Translations under genes and position numbers: made by a program
From: Octopus sinensis
Taxonomy: Eukaryota
Assembly: GCF_006345805.1 (NCBI RefSeq)
Contig: NC_043009.1
Location: 10,540,001 to 10,604,000, forward strand
Reading direction: 5' to 3'
DNA: 64,000 nucleotides
Part shown: piece after piece, positions 13,109-24,125 of the stretch
Numbering within the stretch: the stretch's first letter is position 1
Layout: every line of letters begins with the position of its first letter
The notes under the pieces: generated by a model
Database searches by the model: none
Seen by the model: only the letters and a program-made list of their open reading frames with translations
Told to the model about the DNA's origin: nothing

Positions 13109-13496
13109 TATATATAAAAGTAAGGTTGTGTGTCTGTCTACTCCGATTTAGATTCCTAACTACTCCCACATTTTGCGGTGCAGTTTAACCAAAACCGGGT
13201 ATCTTATGGTCGTGATTCATATCGAGCCCTTCTGGGTATTAGCGCGCGTCTACGATGAGTCTACGATTTTAAAAATAATTTACCATCATTTTTTTCCATT
13301 TTAATGCATATTTTTTAAATATAAGGGAAGTAACTCCCTAAAAATGTCTACGATGAGTCAACGATTTAAAAAAAAATTTACCATCATATTTTCTCCATTT
13401 TTAATGCATTTTTTGCTATTTTTTGGCTATAACTCTTTAAAAATGCTTTATAGTTATTTCCCTTACAAACCCGAGCAACGCCGGGCGATACTGCCA

Positions 13497-13497
<1 letters not shown>
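13109..13497 (+). mobile_element. Non-autonomous Helitron (family 2)
   Basis: TATATAAAAG..(GTCT) 5' region; 3' hairpin CCCGAGCAACGCCGGG followed by CTGCCAG|T (CTAG-like end). Confidence 0.6.
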
Positions 13498-13543
<46 letters not shown>

Positions 13544-13889
13544 TATATATATAAATGTCTGAGGAAAACTTTTATCTCTCCATTTTCCATGTGCCTCATG
13601 GAAATAGCTATCACAATTCTCTAAAGAAGCATGGAAATAGATTGCATGCTCGGACCACCACCACCACCATCACCACCATTACTACCATCACAACCACAAT
13701 CACTGCCATCATCACCACTATCACAGCCGCCGCCGTTACAGCACGTCGCTGCATCCACCATTTCTCGGTATTTGCTCGGGTCATCAAAAGTAACCTTCCA
13801 AGCGGTGTCTCAGTCTGTCCCCAGCGCTTCGAGATAATTTCCTCAACCACCGTGACCCTATAGCATGTGACCAAGCAACATAAACCGTC

Positions 13890-14278
13890 GGATGTTTTCG
13901 GTTTGAACGGCAGTTTTTTCTAGCGGTGTCATATGAAATTGTCACCCATAATTATGACCCTAGTATCGATCTATTGCATTTCAATCTGTTTTAGGGTTAG
14001 GGGTGGGGTTAGGGTATCTTCTTTTCTTCACAAATGTAAACGAGGGACATATTCATACGGCACAGAATGTTTTCACCTCAATAGACGTCATTGATTGGTT
14101 GAAATTGCAGAATTTGAAGAAAAAAAACAAACAAATATCTTACAAACCATAGAATTCTCTCAATAAAGCCAAGAGAAAAAGATGTTTTATAAACACATTC
14201 TACCAGTATACGAAGTTTAAATGTGTTTAGTTACGTGGAAATTATTTCTAAAAACTGCCGTTCAAACCGAAAAGATCC
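13890..14278. mobile_element. GG-terminal MITE (Merlin-like), copy 1
   Basis: TIR GGATG/CTTTTCGGTTTGAACGGCAGTTTT; 9-bp TSD TAAACCGTC/TAAACTGTC; internal TTAGGG repeats. Confidence 0.85.
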
Positions 14279-15336
14279 TAAACTGTCACCCCAACCAGAT
14301 CCTCCGAAAAGAGAAAACGATAGAGAGGATGCACCTCTGAAAACCGGCCTAGCAGCCTGAGCTGACGCTCCCGAATCATTCAAGTAAAAGGGCGCGTCTC
14401 AGCCTTTTAGTATAGTGGGTGGTTGATGGTTGGATACGAAATCCGATCAATAGAGAACCCAATCAATTGCTTTCAAGATTAGATTTAATCTGTCGCTTGC
14501 TTTTTCATAACCAGCTAACATCTAGGGTGCCTTCAGTAGAGTCCGCTCTGTTACAAGCTCTGTTACAAGCCATGGTTCATGTTTGAGAAGATATTTTCCT
14601 CTTTCATTCGTATCCGAGGAACTGTAACGAGTCGTGGAGTCTCTCTTTCCTCTCGACTAACAATACAAACAAGAAAATCTGAATGCCACATATCATGCCT
14701 GTTTGTTATCTAATCCGTGGCTGTCTTCTGTCAGGAAGAAACCTTCATTTTGTATATCGCATTTACGCATGCGGTTATGGCGATATATCTCATGAAAGTG
14801 TAAACAAGGAAATAGGAACAATAAAAAAAAAAAGAGCTGCTGGTATACAAATAAGAATCACTATGGGGTAAAGGTTAGCGAAATGAGTAAATGCTACATA
14901 ATCTCCTTCAAAATCACAACTAATCCTTAAATTCATCGCACAATATCTTTTCAATATGTAATTAAGTGTAAGTACAATAACAGCTTGAAATTTATGAGTA
15001 AAGGGAAGTAACTCTTTAGTATTTGTATTTTATTATTTCCCATGATTAATGAAAAAAAAAAAACCTTCTCTCGACCGTGTATACGAGGAATATTATTATA
15101 GGAAAATAGCTACAATTTCTGAGTGGAACATGTTGCTAAAGACATCAAAGAATTTTCCAGATACCAACAACAAAATGTATAAAACGCCTAAGCAATTTTT
15201 CAAAAGCGAAAACTTAATTTTTGCTAAATAGTTTGGTACGTGGTTCGTGAAACCATTCACGAATAATCTTAGTAATGTGATCGTGTGTGTGTGTGTTGTG
15301 TACTGTGATGTCCTGTTATTGTTATTATTATTGTTG

Positions 15337-15392
<56 letters not shown>

Positions 15393-15661
15393 GTTTTTTT
15401 TGGTATTATTTTTGTATTTATATTCGTGTAACATCGTCCGTTTTCCGTCCTTGTTTCGTATACATTCGAAGCCTTCTTCCAAGTAATCTAATGCGCTTAG
15501 CTTAGTTTTTCCTTGGGGCTGGCCAGATTGGAGCAATCTCAAGATTAATCAGCCGAAGTTGCGAGGATGATCCGGTTCTTGACTGAAGATTAAAGGCTTC
15601 GAATGACCCGTCCGTGTTTTTTGTATCGTCTATTTGGATGTTTTGCGTTCTTGTCCCATTT

Positions 15662-15727
<66 letters not shown>

Positions 15728-15729
15728 CA

Positions 15730-15963
15730 CAGTAATCCCTCGCCATATCGCAGCTCACCTATCGCGGTTCACCATATCGCGGTTTGTTATTTAAGCTTAC
15801 GTCGATTCCTCCGTGATGCTGTTTTCCAGTGATAAAAAAATAAATATATAGAAATTATAAAAAAAAAACAAAACACACAACTGTACTGTTTCCATTTTGC
15901 GGATTTTCACCTATCGTAGGGTGGTTTTGGAACGTAACACCCGTGATAGTCGAGGGATTACTG
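15730..15963. mobile_element. Tigger/pogo-like MITE
   Basis: TIR CAGTAATCCCTCG ... CGAGGGATTACTG|TA, lying within (TA)n. Confidence 0.8.
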
Positions 15964-16217
15964 TATATATATATATATATGCATGGCACGAAGCTGTGTA
16001 ATATCATCTGAATGATAACTGATTTAGGGACCTGAATCTGTTTTCCGTCCGTTTATACACTTAATATACATTTTTCTGTACACATTTATTATACGCTTTT
16101 TAACTTGCAATTCTGTGTCAGTTTTTCGTTTGTGCAATTACTATACGTTTTTTTTAATATTTAAATATATATATATATATACATACATACATACATTTAT
16201 ATATATGCATATATATG

Positions 16218-16248
<31 letters not shown>

Positions 16249-16439
16249 AAACATGCTTATATATATATGCATATATATATATGCATATATATATAACGAC
16301 CTCGAACACACAAGTGCAAACAAGAGAGACAGAGAAAGGCAGAAGCAAGGAAAATGCCACTTATATATGAACACTATACAAATATTCCTTTAAAAAAACT
16401 TTTCTTTTAATTTTTCTAAATTTAATTATTTAATCGTTA

Positions 16440-16477
16440 CAGTTGAAAATGTCTCAAAATGACCGAAACCGGTACTG
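16440..16477 (+). ncRNA. Hammerhead-like motif, U3-A8 core variant
   Basis: CAG-TTGAAAA-TGTC(tcaaaat)GACC-GAAA-CCGG-TA-CTG. Confidence 0.45.
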
Positions 16478-16525
16478 AAATGTTCTTTATAAAATTATTT
16501 TAGCATTTTCTATCTTGACTTGTTT

Positions 16526-16529
<4 letters not shown>

Positions 16530-16569
<40 letters not shown>

Positions 16570-16602
16570 GACGGTTTCCGTTTGTTGTGTTTTTTACTTT
16601 TC

Positions 16603-16654
<52 letters not shown>

Positions 16655-16791
16655 TATATAATATATATGTATGTATGTATGTATGTATATATATATACAT
16701 ATATACATATATATACATATATATATATAGGACGGTTTCCGTTTGTTGTGTTTTTTACTTTTCGTATATATATATATATATAATATATATA

Positions 16792-16840
<49 letters not shown>

Positions 16841-17030
16841 ATATATATATATATACATATAAATACATATATATACATATATACATACATATATATATAT
16901 GTATACACACACATATATATATACATTATATATACATATATATACATATATAGACATATATACATATATATACATATATACATATATATACACATATATA
17001 TATGTATATGCATATATATACATATACATA
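16530..17030. repeat. (TA)n/(TACA)n microsatellite with a duplicated 36-bp insert
   Basis: GACGGTTTCCGTTTGTTGTGTTTTTTACTTTTCGTA near 16570 and 16731. Confidence 0.9.
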
Positions 17031-17487
17031 TGGAGTGGTTGTGTGATAAGTAGCTTGCTTACCAATCACATGGTTCCGGGTTCAGTCCCACTGCGTGGCA
17101 CCTTGGTCAAATATAGCCTCGTGCCAATCAAAGCCTTGTGAGTGGATTTGGTAGACGGAAATATATATGTATATATATATATGTGTGTGTGTTTGTGTGT
17201 CTGTGTTTGTCCCCCCCAACATCGCTTGCCAACCGATGCTAGTTTGCTTACGTCCCCGTAACTTAGCGGTTCGACAAAAGAGGCCGATAGAGTAAGTACT
17301 AGGCTTACAAAGAATAAGTCGTGGGGTCGATTTGCTCGATTAAAGGTGGTGCTCCAGCATGGCCGCAGTCAAATGACTGAAACAAGTAAAAGAGTAAAGC
17401 AAATAATCTTCCCTAAATACTATAACATACTCATAGCACTCAAAAGAATTGTCTCCGTTCTCTTTGAGCAAACAAAAGACAGATTTA

Positions 17488-18222
17488 GCCGGGGCAAAAT
17501 GAGTAAGAGACGATAAGGTAAATTTGCGCCTTCAGTTCTCCAGAATTACATTTGAAAACAGACTCTCGTACACATCAATATCCATCCTTAGACATAAGAA
17601 TAATCAGAAATGCAGCAAAAATTGAAATTATCTCGGTCAAATAAAAGAGGACCTTGGAAAAATGGCACATCATATGAAATTACGAAACTCAACTAAATAA
17701 AAAAAACCTCAACATAAAATGTTCTCTATAACTTCTTCCCGATCCACTGGAGAAGCTTTCTTCCTGATATATTTACGGATCATGTAGTTAAAAAGGAGAA
17801 ATTATTGAAATTTGACATTACTCATTTTACCCCACTTTAGACATCATTTTTGAAACTTGAAAATCCCACATTAGTGTGGGGGTGAAAATGACTAGAAATC
17901 CAACAGAGAAAAGATAATTGATTGTTAAACACCAAAAATTATCCAGATATTTGATTAGCTACTTCAATTACAATCGGGTTCAAAGTTGAAGAAAAATTTC
18001 CTGAAAAAATAGTACCAGTCACCTGGCTGTTTCGGACTCTCTTAAGTTCAATAAGAACAACTATGCTGACCAGTTTTTACCAGGTAAAGATGATATGATA
18101 TTATACAATAATGATGAAATATTTGCACTGTAATGATTACAAAAGGCTTGGGAGGTAAAAAAACGAGAAATCAGAAATGACTCATTTTACCCCAGTTTCT
18201 AATTTTGCACCCCCACCACCAT
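17488..18222. mobile_element. DNA transposon remnant with repeated GGGG(C/T)AAAATGAG motifs
   Basis: Motif in alternating orientations near 17489, 17818, 17878 and 18179; resembles subterminal repeats. Confidence 0.35.
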
Positions 18223-18755
18223 ATTATAATGTATAAAACCCGGCATTACTAAATGTTTTATTGTTTTTCAACTGGTGCCATGGTTGCAATATTTGAACAG
18301 ATTTCCTCCTGATTTGGTGCCGTAAAGATTAGAGTTCAGCTCCGTATAGGACAATGTTCAGGAAACGTTCCTAGGTAATACTCGCTTACGATGTAAAGTG
18401 AATATTGGCTGCTGATTTAGACACAAGGCCTGCAGTTTTGAGGGGAGAGAGAGTTAGTCGATACCATACCGCAATACGATAAAATCTCATTATGGTGTAC
18501 ACTGGAAAACTTCGGTTAACTGAAGTTATACATGAGGACAGAAAGCAAAACAGCAACAAAAGAACAAGTTAAAAGATGCCTAAATCAAGGAACAGCAAGG
18601 GAGATAATTCTAACAAATCGATCTAAACCAGTGCATCTCAACCATTTTTACCCATGGACCCTTTGACTCCCGTTTTACTCAGGTGGACCCTCATAGCCAG
18701 TCAATGTTTAAAAAATCCTATTATATTTTGGTAATTAAATATTATTAGGAATAGC

Positions 18756-19173
18756 GGATCTTTTCGGTTTGAACGGCAGTTTTTTAAAATAATTTCCATG
18801 TAAATAAACACTTTTAAACTTCGTATACTGGTAGAATGTGTTTATAAAACATCTTTTTCTCTTGGCTTTATTGAGAAAATTCTATAGTTTGTAAGATATT
18901 TGTTGTTTTTTTTCTTCAATTTCTGCAATTTCAACCAATCAATGGCGTCTATTGAGGTAAAAAAAAACCCCATTCTGTGCCGTATGAATATGTCCCTCGT
19001 TTAAGAAACAGATTGGGTTTATTTACATTTGTGAAGAAAAATAGATACCCTTCCCCCCACCCCTAACCCTAAAACAGATTGAAATGCAATAGATCGATAC
19101 TAGGGTCATAATTATGGGTGACAATTTCATATGACACCGCTAGAAAAAACTGCCGTTCAAACCGAAAAGATCC
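18756..19173. mobile_element. Same MITE, copy 2 (inverted relative to copy 1)
   Basis: TIRs as in copy 1; 8-bp TSD GGAATAGC/GGAATAAC; inserted in a hAT-like remnant starting CAGTGCATCTCAACC near 18629. Confidence 0.88.
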
Positions 19174-19268
19174 GGAATAACATTAAAAAATTGTTAAAAT
19201 ATTTTGTGTATTGCAGAAGTATAAGTCACTGTAAATTCTGTCGATTATTGATGAGTGTGTATATGTGC

Positions 19269-19314
<46 letters not shown>

Positions 19315-19318
19315 GAGG

Positions 19319-19510
19319 CTAGTCATAACTAGTTGATCCTTACTTTGTGTTATTTACTTTGTTTAAAAAATTATTTACCCAGTGTTTTTGTGTTTTATTT
19401 ACTTTGTTTTAAAAAAAAATTATTTATTTTGTGTAAAAAATTTATTTATTTTGTGTTTTATTTACGTTGCTATGTAGTCGTTGTAGGATCGACTAGTCAC
19501 GACTAGCTAC
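19319..19510. mobile_element. Truncated inverted copy of the 19952-20322 MITE
   Basis: CTAGTCATAACTAGTTGATCCTTACTTTGTGTTATTTACTTTGTTT and GTAGGATCGACTAGTCACGACTAGCTA match its inner TIR regions. Confidence 0.75.
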
Positions 19511-19544
19511 AATATCTTCGTAATTGTCTCCTCTGTTATTGTTG

Positions 19545-19670
19545 TGTTTTCCTCGCTCGCCGCTAAGTGGCGCTACCTACTTCCGTCCATGTTCTGCGGT
19601 CCTTCACAACAAGAAACTTCAGCGCCGAACCAAAAGAGGACTTCAAAGGAGACAGAAAACAAACCCAGCG
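19545..19670 (+). promoter_or_regulatory. Putative promoter/5'UTR of HSD17B12
   Basis: CpG-rich patch in an AT-rich background just upstream of the ATG; ETS-like ACTTCCG at 19579-19585 and CTCF-like CCGCTAAGTGGCGC at 19560-19573 (motif resemblance only). Confidence 0.45.
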
Positions 19671-19866
19671 ATGCACGAGGAATTTACGAGCACCGTTCGG
19701 GGCTTCCTGGGCGTTACCAACGAGTACTTCTCTTGTTTCGGTTTCATTATCTACAGCGTTGTCGTGTGTCGCGTAATGACGTCCTTCCTCATGGCTGTGA
19801 CCCAACCTTTGTTTTCCAAACACGCCGGATGGTTGCGTCGGTTGAGGTCCATGGGCGACTGGGCAG
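19671..19866 (+). CDS. HSD17B12: Very-long-chain 3-oxoacyl-CoA reductase (HSD17B12/KAR), coding exon 1
   Basis: ATG at 19671; MHEEFTSTVRGFLG...hydrophobic segment...LRRLRSMGDWA-G|gttcgt (phase 1). Joins exon 2 to give GDWAVVTGSTDGIG. The start codon is less certain than the splice junction. Confidence 0.8.
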
Positions 19867-19951
19867 GTTCGTTCATCGCTTTTCTTTGTGATCCCTCTTA
19901 TTATTATTATTGTTATTATTATAGTTTTTTCGGTAAAATAAGGACAAGTTG

Positions 19952-20322
19952 GGTACGACTTGAGAGCAGTGGACCCGGTGCGCGCACTCGCGTAGTCACG
20001 CATCCGCGCTATAGCTAGTCATGAGTAGTCGATCCTACAAAATGAATAATTTTTTTAACACAAAATAAATAGTTTTGGGGGGTACTACTAGCGAAGACTG
20101 GACCCGGTGCGCGCACACGCATACACACATACATATATACACACACACATACATAATACACACACATACTTACACATATGCGCAGACATACATACAGTAG
20201 TACCATAGTTTTTTTAAACAAAGTAAATAACACAAAGTAAGGATCGACTAGTCATGACTAGGTGGCGCGGATACGCGAGTACGCTAGTGCGCGCACCGGG
20301 ACCACTGTTCTCAAGTAGTACC
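19952..20322. mobile_element. Long-TIR MITE (Merlin/MULE-like) in intron 1
   Basis: About 85-bp imperfect TIRs GGTACGACTTGAGAGCAGTGGACCCGGTGCGCGCAC.../...GTGCGCGCACCGGGACCACTGTTCTCAAGTAGTACC; 9-bp TSD GACAAGTTG/AACAAGTTG; splits a SINE-A tail. Confidence 0.85.
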
Positions 20323-20951
20323 AACAAGTTGAACACTGGGGTTGATATTATCGACTCGTTCCTCCCCCCCCCCGAACTTGCTGGCCTTGTGCCAACATTT
20401 GAAATCCTCCTCCTCATTATTATTATTATTACTATTAATGAGGTATTGATGTAAACCTTCACTGTGTCCTGTCCTAGGAGCCTCCCCCGTTGCCTTTAAG
20501 CACCTGTGGCTAACAAAGATGTTGGCAGACTCGTTAGCGTGTCCGACGGAATGCTTAGCAGCATTTCTTCGGGCTTTTTACATTTCTGAGTTCAAATCCA
20601 ACCGAAGTCAACTTTGTCTTTCGTCCTTTCGAGGTCGATAAAATAGAGTTGATGTCATCGACCAACCGCTTTCCTTCCTACAATTGCTTGCCCTGTGTCA
20701 AAATTTGAAACAATTATTATTTTATGAAAGAAAGGCAGTGGATTGATAGAATTGCTGGGGCGTCAGGTCAAATGCTTTGCAGTATATAGTTACTGCACTG
20801 TACGCATTAAGTTCATATCTTGCCTATTACACCTCGGGACTCGATGTAATAAAGCGTCAGTCAAATATTGGGCTCGATTTAATCGACTAATCTCTCACCT
20901 GTCGAAATTGCTAATCACCCTACTAAATTACAAATAGTATATATATATATA

Positions 20952-21082
20952 CAGGGTGTCCCAAAAAAATGTATACACATAGTGGTTCAGCAAAAAAGAA
21001 CGATAGAATAAGTACTAGGCTTACAAAGAATAACAAATTTACAATTATTTAAGGTGTGTATACGTTTTTTTGGGACACCCTG
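20952..21082. mobile_element. Tc1/mariner MITE
   Basis: TA|CAGGGTGTCCCAAAAAAATGTATACAC ... GTGTATACGTTTTTTTGGGACACCCTG|TA; the interior carries a SINE-B fragment. Confidence 0.85.
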
Positions 21083-22469
21083 TATATATATAAATATATA
21101 TATATATAAAAGCTGTAGATAGTTATAATTATATGAACCATGCTGTTTTCGTTCTGAGTTCAAACTCCACTGAAATCTGTTTTGCATTTCACCTTTCTGT
21201 GGTTTATGAAATTAAAGAACAAATCAGGTGTTCGATATAATTGCATGTTTCCTTCCTATAGATTTGTGACTTTTAAAAAATGATTTTAATCATTCTTTTT
21301 CTGTCTTAATGTCAAATATCCTTTTTTCTTTTTTATTCTCCGGACTGCGATAGAAAAAGTACGTATCAATAAAACGCTACGGTTGTCTATTTAATTGTCT
21401 TCGGCTGCCTCCTCCACCGTTTCTACTAAATATGCCAGCATTTCAAAGATAACGGTCCAAATTCAAGGGTTTAAAAAAATATTAATTGAAGGTCCGATTT
21501 AGTTTTCAGATATGCGCATGCGTGATTCATGTTCAAAATTCCGGCTACCCCTTGTTTGACTATGACTACCCATGTACCAAAATAAATCATGATTGCCGAT
21601 AGGGTGGATGACACATAAGATTGCCTTTTTTTTTTCTATGCTAGCTTGGGTTTGTTGAAAGTATATTACAAGGCATTATTTTACTGCTAGATACCCCTGC
21701 TATGGTTAACTCTTACCTGTTACCTACGTAATGGATTAAAAAAAAAATTCCATACGTCTTTGAAAGTGCAGAGCTATCGCTCAGTATTTTGACAGGGAAT
21801 TATCAACAAATTTCGAATGTTTACATTCTGTAAAGTGCAGATTGTAAACATTCACACACACGTGCATTCACACATGCATGCATATACACACTTACGAATG
21901 TATATATAACAGACGTTGTACAATTTCTGTCTGCTAAATTCCCTCGTAAGGTATAATCTGTTCAGAGCTGCAGAAAACACTTCCCTCCATGTGGTTGAGA
22001 AGCAGACGTCTTAACTATATTGTCATACCTGCAATATTCAGTTACCTGAGTTTATATCCTACCTATTTCAGTGTTTTGAAAATTTTCTTTATCTATTTAG
22101 AATACCAAATACATCTCATGGTGCCTCAATCGATGCCACTGCTTAACTGGTGTTTTATTTCAATGACCCCAGGAGAATGAAGGGCAAAATTGACATCAGT
22201 AAGATTTGAACATGGAAAATACTGTTGGACACTCTACCGATTCTGTCTGCATATTTTCTCTTTTATTTGTTTCAGTCAATTGGGGCGCTACCTTGAAGGG
22301 TTTAGACAAACAAATCGATCCCCAGTGCTTATTTGTTAAGTCTGATACTTGTTCTATCAGTTGCTTTTACCGAACTGCTAAGTTGTGGGAATATAATTAA
22401 GATAACTAGTTGTTAAGCAGTGGTGATGGGGCAAACGCATCACGAGCAGACACACAAACATTCACAGAG

Positions 22470-24125
22470 GAAGCCCCTGAGCCATCAGGAATCACTGCTG
22501 AGATGATTAAAATTTCTGGTGGTGTAGGATACAGCTTAGTCACCTTTAGAATTAATCCGGTTAATCAGGAAGGCACCATCCCCAGTGGCTGGTGTAGTAG
22601 TATTATAGTTAGCTGCTACAAAGGTAAAGGTGATGGGGAGGCGCGTGGCTAAGTAGTTAGAGTGTTGAGCTCATGATCATAAGGTTGTGGTTTCGATTCC
22701 TGGGCCGGGTGATGCGTTGTGTTCTTGAGCAAAACACTTCATTTTCACACTGCTCCAGTCCACTCAGCTGGCAAAAATGAGTAATCCTGAGATGGACCGG
22801 CGTCCCGTCCAGGTGGGGAATTTCTATGCCACTGAAACCGGGAAACCGGCCCTTATGAGCCTGGCATGGCTCGAGAAAGAACATAAAAAAAAATAAAGGT
22901 GATGCCTTAAATAGAAACAATTACAGAGGTATTAAACTGCTAGACCAAGTCATGAAAATTACTGAGAGGGATATAAGCTCAGTTGATTAGGAATAGAATT
23001 AAGCTAGATGAGATGCAGTTTGGTTTTGTACCTGGGAAGAGTACCATCTTGCTAGTGAGACAGCTGTAGGAAAAGTACTTGGCCAGGAGGAAGTCATTGT
23101 ACTTAGCCTTCATCAACCTGGAGAAAGCTTTTGACAGAGTTCCCCCGCTCTGTTATATGGTGGTCTCTAAGGAGGTTAGGAGTCAAGGAGTGGCTTGTTA
23201 GAGCTGTACAGTGATGTTGTCAGTAAGGTGAGAGTTGGCTGTGAATACAGTAATGAATTTAGTGTACAGGTAGGGATTCTCCAGGGCTCAGTTCTCAGCC
23301 CACTCTTATTCATTATAGACCTCCAGGTCATATCAGAGGAATTCAAAACTGGGTGCCCATGGGAACTGCTGTATGCTGATGACCTTGCTCTTATTACAGA
23401 ATCTTGAGCAGAATTGAAGATAAAATTTCAGGTATGGAATCAAAGGGCCTTAAAGTTAACCAAAGTTGTTGTTTGTAAGAAAGACAAAAAAATTCCCCTT
23501 CCTTCAGGTAAATTGCCCTGCTCAATATGTAGGAAAAGAGCTGGAAGAAATTCCATTCGCTGCACCAAGTGTAAATTACAGACACATAAGAGATGCAGTG
23601 GAATCATAGATAGATTAACAGATAAAATTGTCTTTGTGTGTGGGAGATGTGCAGGAGCAATAAGCACTAAGAGCACACAGGAATTAGATTCTCCCAAATG
23701 CCCAGGAGGCTCTCTTGAGGTTGTAGATAGTTTCTTTTACCTAGGTGACCAAATTAGCTATGGTGGAGGATGCTCTGAAAGTATTGTTTCTAGAATAAAA
23801 ATAGGGTGGAAGAAGTTCAAAGAGCTATTACCTCTGTTGGCAACAAAAGGTCTCTCTCTCAGAGTGAAAGGTAGACTGTATGATGCTTGTGTGCAAACAG
23901 CTATACTCCATGGTAGTGAGACATGGGCTATGAATGCAGAATATGTGTAGACTAGAGAGAAATGAAGGCAGTATGCTCTGTTGGATGTGCAACATCAGTG
24001 CACATATACAACAAAGTGCAAAAGTATTGAGAGAAAAGTTGGGCATAAGAGGAATCAAATGTAGCATGCAAGAAAGATGACGATGTGGGTTTGGACATGT
24101 GATGTGCATAATAAAGTGCCTATCA
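22470..24125 (+). mobile_element. RTE-clade LINE RT pseudogene with PHD-like insertion
   Basis: NYRGIKLL, QFGFVPG, LEKAFDRV, QGSVLSPLLF, LLYADDL, YLGDQI, RVKGRLYDAC..LHGSETW; several stops and frameshifts. Confidence 0.92.
22636..22893 (+). mobile_element. tRNA-derived SINE (Meta/V-domain-like body) with 11-bp TSD
   Basis: GGGAGGCGCGTGGCTAAGTAG..GGTTTCGATTCC head and A tail; TSD TAAAGGTGATG at 22625-22635 and 22894-22904; interrupts the RTE RT. Confidence 0.85.

Noticed and set aside
13700-14700. GC-richer unique sequence that might hold an exon or promoter of a neighbouring gene
   Set aside because: No recognisable protein motif or consistent splice pair, and it is interrupted by a MITE.
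15500-15610. Hammerhead relic (GGCTG..CAGCC-GAAG; CTGAAGA) in a TA-flanked repeat
   Set aside because: Core elements are not in the right order or sequence in this copy; cannot be supported without a family consensus.
19563-20003. 146-aa antisense ORF over exon 1
   Set aside because: Starts inside a MITE, crosses a simple repeat and has no recognisable domain; explained by local GC richness.
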